Assembly (NCBI GenBank): GCA_965199825.1
Contig: OZ241329.1
Location: 96,001 to 160,000 of the forward strand
Length of the DNA: 64,000 bases
Direction: 5' to 3'
From: Bdellovibrionales bacterium
Lineage (GTDB): Bacteria; Bdellovibrionota; Bdellovibrionia; Bdellovibrionales; UBA1609
The position numbers were made by a program, and so were the translations under genes. The notes below the pieces were generated by a model. It saw only the letters and a list, made by a program, of their open reading frames with translations. It was not told where the DNA came from and ran no database searches. Shown here one piece after another: positions 19,358 to 28,404 of the stretch (positions within the stretch are counted from its first letter, which is position 1; every line of letters begins with the position of its first letter).

Positions 19358-20437
19358 ATGACATATCTATTAGTTATATTTTATTTAGTTCAGTTTGCTC
19401 AGGCGATGCCTTTGAGCTCTTTTCCTTTTTTAAAAGGATATGTGGCCGAACGCTCCGAAGAATCACCCTTTGCCCATTTTGGCTTTTTTGAGCCTCAGAC
19501 GGCTTTGCGCTATTCGGCTCAAGACCTCCAGGGTCTCGATATTCTTAATGACTGGGTGGTGAATAATAAAAGTTTAACCAAATCGAGTCGTATGGTCTTT
19601 GGTCATTTTATCAATTCAAGTGTTGAAGGTAGAACTCCCCTTCCCTCTCGTGAATCTGCAATACGAGAATCGATTTTAAAGATGATGGTTGATGCACCCT
19701 GGGTCCATCACAATTATCTCGATGTGTTCTCTGGCCGACTGAAAATAGCTTGGCATCTCACAGCCGCCGAAACTGGTATTCCGCCCCAAAAACTTTTTGA
19801 AGTGCTCGATCTCTTTTTAAATCGTGAGCCTGAAGATGTATTAGTGGGTTTGCTGAACCGAAAATTAGACCAAAGAATGCTTGATGGGGTCAAAGATCGG
19901 GTCTTCCAAAAATTTTACTCTCATGTGCTGGTATTTTCACCTTTGATGGCCAAAAAAATCCACTACCAATTGATTGGGAGATATCGCCAGCTTCAACAGT
20001 TTAATTTGGAGCGAAAGCAAAACTACAATAGCTCGGTGGCATATCAACCCGCACTAAAAAAAGTTTTTGGCTATGAACATCTGGACGAGGCATTGAGCTT
20101 TGGATTTCGAAGAGAAGAAGATTTTAACATGATCGTCGAGCGCTATTTCAATACGATTAAAAAGCTAGAAGAATTTCAATCGCGACTGGCTTGGGTCTCG
20201 GCATCGAGCTTTGACTTAACCCTTAAAACCTACATCTTAGATGTCTTAACACAACTGCGGAGCGAACTGCTTACCCTTCCCGCACGCTTAAGTTTTATAG
20301 AGTCGCGGAGCAATCAGAATCCGCAGAATGTCAGTTGGTTTTTGATTCAGCCCAACAAACAAAAAACCGGTTTTGATTCTCTAGCCGAATGGGCACGGTA
20401 CTTGAACGTTCGTCAATGCAACAAACTGCTCGAGTAA
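19358..20437 (+). CDS. Hypothetical exported helical protein with a single, C-terminal Cys (CNKLL)
   Basis: Signal-like MTYLLVIFYLVQFAQA from ATG 19358; long ORF with no recognised family. Confidence 0.7.
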   Translation: MTYLLVIFYLVQFAQAMPLSSFPFLKGYVAERSEESPFAHFGFFEPQTALRYSAQDLQGLDILNDWVVNNKSLTKSSRMVFGHFINSSVEGRTPLPSRESAIRESILKMMVDAPWVHHNYLDVFSGRLKIAWHLTAAETGIPPQKLFEVLDLFLNREPEDVLVGLLNRKLDQRMLDGVKDRVFQKFYSHVLVFSPLMAKKIHYQLIGRYRQLQQFNLERKQNYNSSVAYQPALKKVFGYEHLDEALSFGFRREEDFNMIVERYFNTIKKLEEFQSRLAWVSASSFDLTLKTYILDVLTQLRSELLTLPARLSFIESRSNQNPQNVSWFLIQPNKQKTGFDSLAEWARYLNVRQCNKLLE

Positions 20438-20440
20438 AAT

Positions 20441-22333
20441 CTAATTGAGATCCTCGATATTGCTAAGGGGTGCAAGACATCGCCCTTCGTAACAAACCTG
20501 AATTTTTAATGGGGATGGAGTCTCAGTCGAAATCACAAGCTGATAGGGATTAAATTCTTTAGCAAGCGTGAGCCTCGCCTTTTCAATTTCGGTCTTGGGC
20601 CCTTCAATCTCAATCACCGCCACATCATGGATATAAAAATCGTAAGCGAGCAGCAAATAAGACATCGAAAGAGATCGATCGTTCAGCATCAGTTTAAAAA
20701 TATCTTCGGCTCTTCTCTTATATTTTGAATCTTGTGTGAGATGATAAAGTCTCAACAAATTCATCGCCGATAAAGAATTCGAACTCGGCCTGACACCATC
20801 TTGATCATCTTTGAGGCGCACCACCAGGGTTTGGTCTTGACCATCATCGCGAAAGTATCCCAGTCCTTGATCATCCCAAAAGAGTTGGTCTTGGATCTGT
20901 TGTAGATTTTGAGCCTGACTCAAAAATTCTTTTTCGCCACTCGAAAGATATATATCGAGAAGTGCCGCAACCATCGCAGCGTAGTCATCCGAGAATCCAG
21001 AGATTTCGGCAGCACCCTCACGAAAACGGCGATACAAGCGATCGTTTTTAAATAACTCAGACATCACAAAATGGGCGGATCGTTTGGCAATATCCAAAAA
21101 TCGCAGATCTTGGAGTGTGCGAGATGCTAGAGCGAAGGATGAAATCATCCAGCCATTCCAGGCGGTCAAGATTTTATCATCTGTTAATGGCAGCGGCTTT
21201 TGTAAGCGCAATTTTTTGAGTTTGATTTTGATTTCTTTGAGATCTTGCCAATCGCCGGCCAAATAAAGAACATTGCGACCCTCAAAGTTTCCGTCAATTT
21301 TAATCCCATAAACATCTTTTATTTGTTGAATTTGATCGGGATTGAATGCGGCTTCAAGTTCGGTCCAAGTGTAAGTTGCAAAATAACCCTCCTCCATTTT
21401 TTGAGTCTGAGGGTCGAGACTGTCGGCATCTTGGGCCGAATAAAATCCACCTTGGGGATGGGTCATTTCGTCTGACACATAATTTAAAATTTCAGTCGCA
21501 ATCCGTATGAATTCGGGATCTTTAAATTTTTGAAATCCCTCTAGATAAATTCTGCTGAGCCAAGCTTGGTCATAAAGCATTTTCTCAAAATGAGGCACCG
21601 TCCAAGTTCGATCGGTCGAGTAGCGATGAAATCCACCATGGAGCTGATCATACATCCCCCCACGCAGCATCGCGGTCAGTGTCGATCGCACCATCTCGGG
21701 CTTATTCAGCCTTAATAACAGCATCAGGTTCATCGACTGCGGAAATTTAGGGGCTCTTCCAAATCCAGCTTCTTGTTTGTCGTAATTTTGTTCATGCCAG
21801 TTTTTGAAACTCTCGAGATAGGCCGATCCATCAAGCGGCTCTTTGTCGTTTGGAGTTGTAAGTTTAAGGTGCTGATACAAAGTTTCGGCGTCGCCTTTAA
21901 GTTCGGTCGCATTCGACTTCCATAAATCGGCAATCCGCTGATTGAGGCCAATAAAATTTTGTTTAGGAAAGTATGTCCCGCCAAAAAAAGGTTTGGCCTC
22001 AGGGGTTAACCACATCGAAAGAGGCCAGCCCCCTTGCACACCCAGCGAATGGAGTGCGGTCATGTAGATGTCGTCCACATCGGGCCGCTCTTCGCGGTCG
22101 ACTTTGATACAAACAAAATTCTGATTTAAAACATTGGCAACATCTTGGCTTTCAAAAGATTCGTGAGCCATCACATGACACCAATGGCAAGTGGCATAGC
22201 CGATCGATAAAAATATCGGCTTGTTATTTTGTTTGGCAGTGTCAAAGGCCTGTTGATCCCAGGGTTGCCACTCAACAGGATTTGTTTTGTGTTGCAAAAG
22301 ATAAGGGGATTTTTGTTGCGCAAGGCGATTCAT
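20441..22333 (-). CDS. Thioredoxin-domain protein, YyaL/SPATA20 (DUF255) family
   Basis: [58 protein letters not shown]. Confidence 0.92.
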   Translation of the reverse strand: MNRLAQQKSPYLLQHKTNPVEWQPWDQQAFDTAKQNNKPIFLSIGYATCHWCHVMAHESFESQDVANVLNQNFVCIKVDREERPDVDDIYMTALHSLGVQGGWPLSMWLTPEAKPFFGGTYFPKQNFIGLNQRIADLWKSNATELKGDAETLYQHLKLTTPNDKEPLDGSAYLESFKNWHEQNYDKQEAGFGRAPKFPQSMNLMLLLRLNKPEMVRSTLTAMLRGGMYDQLHGGFHRYSTDRTWTVPHFEKMLYDQAWLSRIYLEGFQKFKDPEFIRIATEILNYVSDEMTHPQGGFYSAQDADSLDPQTQKMEEGYFATYTWTELEAAFNPDQIQQIKDVYGIKIDGNFEGRNVLYLAGDWQDLKEIKIKLKKLRLQKPLPLTDDKILTAWNGWMISSFALASRTLQDLRFLDIAKRSAHFVMSELFKNDRLYRRFREGAAEISGFSDDYAAMVAALLDIYLSSGEKEFLSQAQNLQQIQDQLFWDDQGLGYFRDDGQDQTLVVRLKDDQDGVRPSSNSLSAMNLLRLYHLTQDSKYKRRAEDIFKLMLNDRSLSMSYLLLAYDFYIHDVAVIEIEGPKTEIEKARLTLAKEFNPYQLVISTETPSPLKIQVCYEGRCLAPLSNIEDLN

Positions 22334-22953
22334 AATTTAAGAACCGAAACCAAATTGTGCCCGTGGTTGAAATCTTCGATTACTCTTAGGCATTCCATAC
22401 CGGCGGCGTGGGCGGCTTCGATCCCCAATATGCCGTCTTCAAAAACCAAACACTCTTTAGGATTTACGTTTAAAGCTTTTGCCGCTTGCAAAAAACAATC
22501 GGGAGCAGGTTTGCCCATCAGATAATCTTCGGCCGCCACAATCACATCAAAATATTTTTTGAGTTTCAGATGCTCCATGGTCGACAGGATCGGCTGACGA
22601 CGACTGCCCGAGACAATCGCCATCGGAATTTTGCCATGATATTCACGGATAATGTCCACCACCGGAATCACCTCGGTCACACTCGCGATGCCATTGAGAT
22701 AATGGGTGGATTTATTTTTTAAAATTTCATCAGCCGATAATTTGATCTTGTGAAGCTCTGAAAGTCGCTCGATGATCGCTCGCGTGGGCATGCCTGCCCA
22801 TTCTCGATGCTGATCTACAGTAAGAGTTAGATTGTAGACCGAAAGGGCCTCATCCCAAGCCTTTTGGTGGAGCGGCATGGTGTCGGCCACGGTGCCATCA
22901 AAATCAAAAAGAAACGCCTTAAACTCAATATCTGGAAAAAAATCTTTAATCAT
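22330..22953 (-). CDS. HAD family phosphatase (YqaB/beta-PGM-like)
   Basis: [32 protein letters not shown]. Confidence 0.88.
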   Translation of the reverse strand: MIKDFFPDIEFKAFLFDFDGTVADTMPLHQKAWDEALSVYNLTLTVDQHREWAGMPTRAIIERLSELHKIKLSADEILKNKSTHYLNGIASVTEVIPVVDIIREYHGKIPMAIVSGSRRQPILSTMEHLKLKKYFDVIVAAEDYLMGKPAPDCFLQAAKALNVNPKECLVFEDGILGIEAAHAAGMECLRVIEDFNHGHNLVSVLKL

Positions 22954-23054
22954 TGCTGAGTTTTACTCAACTTTTTTTGGTTTGTCGATGTGGCTCCGGA
23001 TTAGACGGTGATTTTAAATTTAAGTTTTGATACTTGAAATGCTTCTCTTTTAGA

Positions 23055-23131
23055 GACCACGTAGCTCAGTTGGATAGAGCGGCAGTTTCCTAAACTGTAG
23101 GTCGCAAGTTCAATCCTTGCCGTGGTCGCCA
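23055..23131 (+). tRNA. tRNA-Arg(CCT)
   Basis: Acceptor stem GACCACG/CGTGGTC plus G-CCA; D arm GCTC/GAGC; anticodon arm GCAGT-TTCCTAA-ACTGT; T arm GCAAG-TTCAATC-CTTGC; 77 nt. Confidence 0.96.
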
Positions 23132-23246
23132 ATACTGCAATTCCGTCGACACGTCTTCCTGACTCGACAAATTGGCAATCAGCATCCAAGCTGATTGGCC
23201 CCTTTGGGGCTTCCCAATTTGAGGTCGACTGCATTGCAGTATTGGC
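23128..23246. other. 119-nt structured element with 14-bp perfect terminal inverted repeats, overlapping the tRNA 3' end
   Basis: GCCAATACTGCAAT (23128-23141) / ATTGCAGTATTGGC (23233-23246). Nested pairings GTCGAC/GTCGAC and AAATTGG/CCAATTT; hairpins CAATCAGC/GCTGATTG and GCCCC/GGGGC. Confidence 0.75.
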
Positions 23247-23252
23247 TCCTTT

Positions 23253-23858
23253 TTATCGTGGATCAATGAGGACGAGGCGTCCATTTCGAATATCCACGAC
23301 GTGATTGAAATCAACAGACTCATGCTCATTGGCGAACCATTCTGAAATTTCTATTGCTAAACCATAGTCCATTCCGAACTCATTCAGATGAGTTTCGCTT
23401 GAGATGATTTCGGTTTGAACACCAGGTACGAATTCTAAATAGAGCAGTCGCTGGTCAACACCATAGGCTTGAAGGTCAACGTATTTGCCAGCTTCGATAT
23501 AAATATCAGACTTTCGATAAAATTCTTTAATCACTCGAGCTCCGTGTTTTGTTTCGACCACATAAACAATTCCCTCGGATCCAGCACCTAAGATGGCAAT
23601 CACTCGGAATGTTTCATCCTTAAATTTGATAACCGATCTGACCGGAAGCCCAGAGTTAATAAAATCGGGTGATTGCAATGCTCGCTCTTTTGATTCGATA
23701 AGAAAATTGCGAAATACGATTCGTAATGGAACTCGAAATCGACGAGGATACGAATCTAAGAGTTGAAGGCATGATCGCTTTGTCACTGCCCTATCTATCC
23801 AGTCTGCACTTTTTGCGGCGAGATTCATATTGATTACAAGTATGAGCACTATAAACAA
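23253..23858 (-). CDS. Hypothetical protein with a hydrophobic N-terminus and a minimal protein-kinase-like N-lobe
   Basis: LGAGSEGIVYVV (GxGxxGxV), RVIKEF, LYLEFVPG, LVLIDP; AAGGAG upstream of the TTG start. Confidence 0.6.
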   Translation of the reverse strand: MFIVLILVINMNLAAKSADWIDRAVTKRSCLQLLDSYPRRFRVPLRIVFRNFLIESKERALQSPDFINSGLPVRSVIKFKDETFRVIAILGAGSEGIVYVVETKHGARVIKEFYRKSDIYIEAGKYVDLQAYGVDQRLLYLEFVPGVQTEIISSETHLNEFGMDYGLAIEISEWFANEHESVDFNHVVDIRNGRLVLIDPR

Positions 23859-24153
23859 ATTTTAATTTCTCCTTTCAAATCAGTTTTAGATTATCTGCGA
23901 ATTTCAACCTAATATTCGATCCTATCTTTTGCAATCCAAACACTTTTGAGCAGCAGGGTTTGGAAAATATAAAAAGAATTACAAATTTAGTTTATGCATC
24001 GCCTGATTTTTTGAGCTCACACATGCTGCAAAGATGAACTTTTAATAAAAATAAGTTTTGTCCCCGGGTTCACACACTCACAAGTGACAGAACACATAGG
24101 CTCTTCAAAAAGGATCGTTTTTTGAATACGTTTCGCTCGGCATGGGCTAGCAG

Positions 24154-24169
24154 TGGTCTGAGTCCTGCA
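24154..24169 (+). promoter_or_regulatory. Possible sigma54-type promoter
   Basis: tGGtctgagtcctGCa (GG-N10-GC) about 40 nt upstream of ATG 24208; imperfect match to consensus. Confidence 0.3.
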
Positions 24170-24207
24170 GTAAAAAGAGATCACATTAATAACCTTGTGG
24201 AGTGTGC

Positions 24208-24621
24208 ATGCGATTTTCGATTTTGAATCTGCTTTTTATCTTCGTTTCCCTAACGCCTTTTGCCACTGCCAGCACTCAGACCTACAACTGGATCTATGTC
24301 CCATTTCAAGAGTCCCATTGCGCTCGCCTCAATGCCGACGGAACAGAGGCCGAAAAAGTCGATAATAGCAAATGCTCTCAAGAGGGATTGAGTCTAAGTT
24401 GGCATTACATGGTGACCGGCTTTGAATGTTCTCTTATCTCACCCATCAATTCCTACTTTTTTATTCTTGTGGATAATTCTCGCTGCGGAATTCCGGCGAA
24501 TGCTTACTACAAGCGGCAACGAAAGGGGTTAGGACCGAAGGATTTTGAATGTGTGATGAAGACGCGCGACAGTGAGTTCTTTTACGTTCGGGTGGCCGAC
24601 ACATTTTGCTCTCTAGACTAA
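24208..24621 (+). CDS. Small secreted Cys-rich protein with three internal repeats
   Basis: Signal peptide; repeats end VDNSKC / VDNSRC / VADTFC; GGAG before ATG 24208. Confidence 0.75.
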   Translation: MRFSILNLLFIFVSLTPFATASTQTYNWIYVPFQESHCARLNADGTEAEKVDNSKCSQEGLSLSWHYMVTGFECSLISPINSYFFILVDNSRCGIPANAYYKRQRKGLGPKDFECVMKTRDSEFFYVRVADTFCSLD

Positions 24622-24715
24622 ATTGAGCAATGCCATCGGGTGCTACAAATCAGTTGCAGGCCAAAACAAAAAGATGATTAAATTTTAAAATAATTTCTAA
24701 TCATCGGGGATAAAA

Positions 24716-25066
24716 ATGAAACGTCTTTTGTTTTTGGGTTTGTGTTTGCAACTGGTGGGATGTGCCTCAGCAAAATTGATCGAGAGCCGTTATGAGCCCG
24801 TCAAAGGCGGAGTGGTCAAGTTCAAGCCCGAGATGATGGGGAAAGAAACCAGTGCGGATAAAGCCAAAAACATCATGTCTGACTTTTGTGCGCCCGCTAA
24901 ATATGTGGTGGTACAACAAAATCAGACCGAAGAAATCACAGGATACAGCTCAAACACCAATTCAAGCCAAAATGGCAGTTTTGCAAACCAACACACAACC
25001 ATAAATCCCTTAAGCCAAGAATACACTTTTATTCATTTTCGTTGTGGAGCGGGCAAAACCAAATAG
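24716..25066 (+). CDS. Small lipoprotein
   Basis: Lipobox LVGC; two further Cys (DFCAP, FRCG). Confidence 0.8.
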   Translation: MKRLLFLGLCLQLVGCASAKLIESRYEPVKGGVVKFKPEMMGKETSADKAKNIMSDFCAPAKYVVVQQNQTEEITGYSSNTNSSQNGSFANQHTTINPLSQEYTFIHFRCGAGKTK

Positions 25067-25086
25067 CCGGTCATTGTACCTTCGAT

Positions 25087-25123
25087 CACACTCGACATGT
25101 TTGCCGATCTGGTGTCGGGTGTG
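25087..25123 (+). terminator. Stem-loop downstream of the lipoprotein gene (terminator or stabiliser candidate)
   Basis: CACACTCGACA-15 nt-TGTCGGGTGTG: 11-bp stem with one G-U pair; no clear U tract. Confidence 0.35.
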
Positions 25124-25187
25124 TAAATGATTTCAGGATCTCTTTTGAGCGCCTCGTGCCTTAAATCTTATGGTATGACCGCACACC

Positions 25188-26276
25188 ATGATTTTTATTG
25201 CAGCCCTCTTTTATTTTTTCACCGCCCACGCCGCTCCACAGGTTTGTAATGAACAGCTGCAGAGTTTCCCGCCGGGTTATGGGATCACCACCGAAGACCT
25301 AAAGCTGATTGCCAAAAACTTACCCCTCAAGGTTGAGCGACTGATTGAGATCCAGAATTTTTTAAACCAAGCTGCGGACTTGGAGTACAAGAATTTTTTT
25401 ATTTTAATCATGAGTATTGGCGACAAAAGAAGCTCAAAACATTTTAACGAACTTTTTTCGAATTATTCAGATTACTACAAGCTTGATGATCAAACTAAAA
25501 AGGTTTATCTTAAAAAGATCTATATTGCTAATCGTATTTTCATAACTTTGGCGAACATCAGTAATAAGAGATCTGATTCCCAACGCCCATTGCTGCAGGC
25601 AGCGCTTGCGGCTGATCTGGGTGGGGCTCCAGAGAATTATTTAGGCCCCGGGATGTCACCTCGAGCCCTTACGATTGATCAGGTTCACAAACTTTCATTG
25701 GATATGATCAAAAATCCACGCGATACAATATTCAGATTATTTTCGGTGGGACGCAAAGTTGATTTGGAACTAAAAAACACATTCAAATGGATCTCAAAAT
25801 TAATCGAGGATTTTGAGCAATCCGCTGAGGAACTTGACGCCAGAAACTTGACCTCGGAATGTTTAGCCAAAGCGATGCTTGAGACAAACCTCTTCAAAGT
25901 GGATGAGTATTCCTTTTTGATTAAAAGCCTTCAGATCAGATTTACTACTGAGCTCACAGAGTATAAAAAAGCGGCCCAAATGATCGAAAAGTTGAATCAG
26001 CCAGTGGAACCTGTCGCCATACACAAAACGATTGTGGAAGTTCAGCTTGCACCCCCATCGCCTTTGAACAAAAAAGGTGAACGAAAAAAAAGAATGGCCG
26101 AACGCAAATTAGCAGAAGAGACGGAACAATTAGAGCAGCAAAAAGAATTTGAGGCGCTCAAGAAAAAACAGCGCAAAGAACTCAAACATAAGTCACCCGA
26201 GTTTTCGTTGTACTATGGCCCGCGACCCGACTCAATTTTCGACAAGACCAAGATTGATAGCTCGGATAATCATTAG
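25188..26276 (+). CDS. Hypothetical exported helical protein with a highly charged C-terminal coiled coil
   Basis: Signal peptide ending AHA, then APQVCNEQL; Lys/Glu-rich tail. Confidence 0.72.
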   Translation: MIFIAALFYFFTAHAAPQVCNEQLQSFPPGYGITTEDLKLIAKNLPLKVERLIEIQNFLNQAADLEYKNFFILIMSIGDKRSSKHFNELFSNYSDYYKLDDQTKKVYLKKIYIANRIFITLANISNKRSDSQRPLLQAALAADLGGAPENYLGPGMSPRALTIDQVHKLSLDMIKNPRDTIFRLFSVGRKVDLELKNTFKWISKLIEDFEQSAEELDARNLTSECLAKAMLETNLFKVDEYSFLIKSLQIRFTTELTEYKKAAQMIEKLNQPVEPVAIHKTIVEVQLAPPSPLNKKGERKKRMAERKLAEETEQLEQQKEFEALKKKQRKELKHKSPEFSLYYGPRPDSIFDKTKIDSSDNH

Positions 26277-27431
26277 GCTCGAATTGCCCTGATGCTCACA
26301 GCTAAAATTATTTTTTTCTAAAAATTTTAAAACAGTTAAAGCGTCGCCGTGGATCGAACCCCCGGCTTCACAAATCAAAAACCGCACCCGTTTTAGTAAA
26401 TCAGGCTCAGCCATCAAAATCGCCTGCTCAGAGCCTTCCACATCAACCTTTAGAATATCAATCACCGGATTTTTAAAATGATCAAAAATATTTTTTAAGG
26501 TTGTGACTTCAACTCGCTCAGAAGTTTTGGAGTTAGATTCTGGAATATGGAGTCGATGTCCGCCCGTATTGTCCTCGCTTAAGTGGAGTTCGGCATGGCC
26601 TGGGCGATCCGACACCGCCATCTGAAACGGGCTTATATTATCAAGTTGATTGAGCGACATATTTTGTTTGATGAATTCGAAATTTTTTGAAAATGGCTCA
26701 TAAGTTTCTATCATTGATTCGTTGCTGACCAGTTTGCTTAAGAGTACCGAAAAACCTCCAATATGCCCGCCGATATCGACCGCTTGAATTCGCCCACTGA
26801 TCCGAGGCTCAAGCCACTGGATATAATCACTATAGCATTCCCCGATCACATCCCGATCAATCGTATGGGGACGAATGTAAAACTGAGTTTCGAGCGGGCC
26901 CAAAATTTTTGTTTCGGTCTGGTTTAAAAATTGATCTAAAAAGACTTGGAGATTTGTCGACTGAGCTTCTGATTGAGACTGAACCATAAAGAAATTGGGA
27001 TTTTCATAAATTGATTTCCAGTGCCTTTGCTTTTGCGAGATCAATTGAAAAAGAGGCCCTAAAAATCCGATCTGCAAAATAATGAGAGTGTAATCGGTTT
27101 CGGGCTGTGCGTCGCTGTAACCCACAAACTCAATATTTTTATTTTTAAAAAGTGGTAGGAGTCGAACAAAAACCGGCTTCAAATAACTCGGTACCATGAC
27201 CTTGCCATGGAGTCCGGGGGCCAATTTTATAAATTGATTGAACATCCCAACGCTTGCCGCATCTCCGGACTGCTTTTTAAAAATAAACCGACAGGCCCAA
27301 GGCCAACAGAATGGCACAAGTTGTCCTACAACCAACAACAATTGGGTAAATAAATAATTGAGCACTCGAATGCTCGTTTTGAATACGCCAACTTCGCGAC
27401 CATAGACTAATAACGAATCAATGCGATTCAT
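26232..27431 (-). CDS. FkbM family SAM-dependent methyltransferase with an N-terminal extension
   Basis: VDIGGHIGGFS, YEP, ILKVDVEGSE. Confidence 0.85.
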   Translation of the reverse strand: MNRIDSLLVYGREVGVFKTSIRVLNYLFTQLLLVVGQLVPFCWPWACRFIFKKQSGDAASVGMFNQFIKLAPGLHGKVMVPSYLKPVFVRLLPLFKNKNIEFVGYSDAQPETDYTLIILQIGFLGPLFQLISQKQRHWKSIYENPNFFMVQSQSEAQSTNLQVFLDQFLNQTETKILGPLETQFYIRPHTIDRDVIGECYSDYIQWLEPRISGRIQAVDIGGHIGGFSVLLSKLVSNESMIETYEPFSKNFEFIKQNMSLNQLDNISPFQMAVSDRPGHAELHLSEDNTGGHRLHIPESNSKTSERVEVTTLKNIFDHFKNPVIDILKVDVEGSEQAILMAEPDLLKRVRFLICEAGGSIHGDALTVLKFLEKNNFSCEHQGNSSLMIIRAINLGLVEN

Positions 27432-28398
27432 CGGCCACCCGAATCTGATTCAACCGCAATGAGTTTAAACCAATGTGTTGATCTGTATTGGTCATCACAA
27501 AAACTTTTGAGTTGGCCCCCCGGGCGATTTTTTTAACAACTGCAAATGCACCATTGACCTCAATTTCAACTTTACGATGGCTTAGTAAACACGAATTTAA
27601 AAAATCAATAACCGCTTGTTCAAAGGACGAATCTTTAAGGGGCTTCGGCTCAAGAGTTAAAATCGAATCTGTAATCACCGAATAAAGTGAGATATCCACT
27701 TTTTCACCATTGTCTTTTAAAATACGCACAAAAAGTTGGTGCGGGTCTTCGATATCGTCAAACGCTTCGTCCAAATCTTCGGGATCTCGAGGATCAAAAA
27801 CTCCAAGATTTTCTCCTTGGATTTGTATGAGCTTATGGGGCTCAGTTTTGTAAGTCAGAGTGACATGATGAGGCAGCGAAAGGGGGTCGGCCAATTTTTC
27901 ATAGACTTCCGACAAAAGCGTAAAGGAGATCATTTTTTGGTGTAAATAGAAACTATTTGTGTCGACGTTTTCGAAATATTGAGCGAAGCCGTCTTGAGTA
28001 ACGAATGCTGGTTTGTGCATTTTATCAAAAAACACATATTTGATCACCCCCACTCGCGCCTCATACCCATGATCGATTAAAGTTCTAAAGCTGATAGGCC
28101 AATTGTTTTTTTGTGACAATTCAAAGGCTGCAAAAAGGGGTTGCGATTTTTTATCTCCATGGGGAGCGGCTGCGGGCTTGATCGATTCAATCACAATTTG
28201 ATTAAGCTCAATCAAATGATCTTTTCCGCTATCGCCCACAACCGCAACATGATTTTCGCCGAACTCAATAAGAGTTCTCAAATTGGGTTTGAGTTCATTT
28301 ATATATTGAAAAATAAAGTGATCGCCGCGCTGAAGTTGAATCGCGCAGGCATCGTGTGCCAGCGCTGGCTGAAGCAATAATGCAAATACAAAAAACAT
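27418..28398 (-). CDS. Hypothetical exported protein
   Basis: Signal peptide ending ALA, then HDACAIQL; 326-aa ORF in operon-like spacing with its neighbours. Confidence 0.7.
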   Translation of the reverse strand: MFFVFALLLQPALAHDACAIQLQRGDHFIFQYINELKPNLRTLIEFGENHVAVVGDSGKDHLIELNQIVIESIKPAAAPHGDKKSQPLFAAFELSQKNNWPISFRTLIDHGYEARVGVIKYVFFDKMHKPAFVTQDGFAQYFENVDTNSFYLHQKMISFTLLSEVYEKLADPLSLPHHVTLTYKTEPHKLIQIQGENLGVFDPRDPEDLDEAFDDIEDPHQLFVRILKDNGEKVDISLYSVITDSILTLEPKPLKDSSFEQAVIDFLNSCLLSHRKVEIEVNGAFAVVKKIARGANSKVFVMTNTDQHIGLNSLRLNQIRVADESH

Positions 28399-28404
28399 TT
28401 GAGA

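Noticed and set aside
23128..23246. 6S RNA, SRP RNA, hammerhead ribozyme or integron attC identity for the structured element
   Set aside because: Too short for typical 6S; lacks the SRP helix-8 motif, the hammerhead CUGANGA/GAAA core and the RYYYAAC/GTTRRRY ends of attC. Left unclassified.
23925..23950. Sigma54 promoter upstream of the kinase-like gene
   Set aside because: The TTGCA half is present, but the -24 position reads AG instead of the invariant GG.
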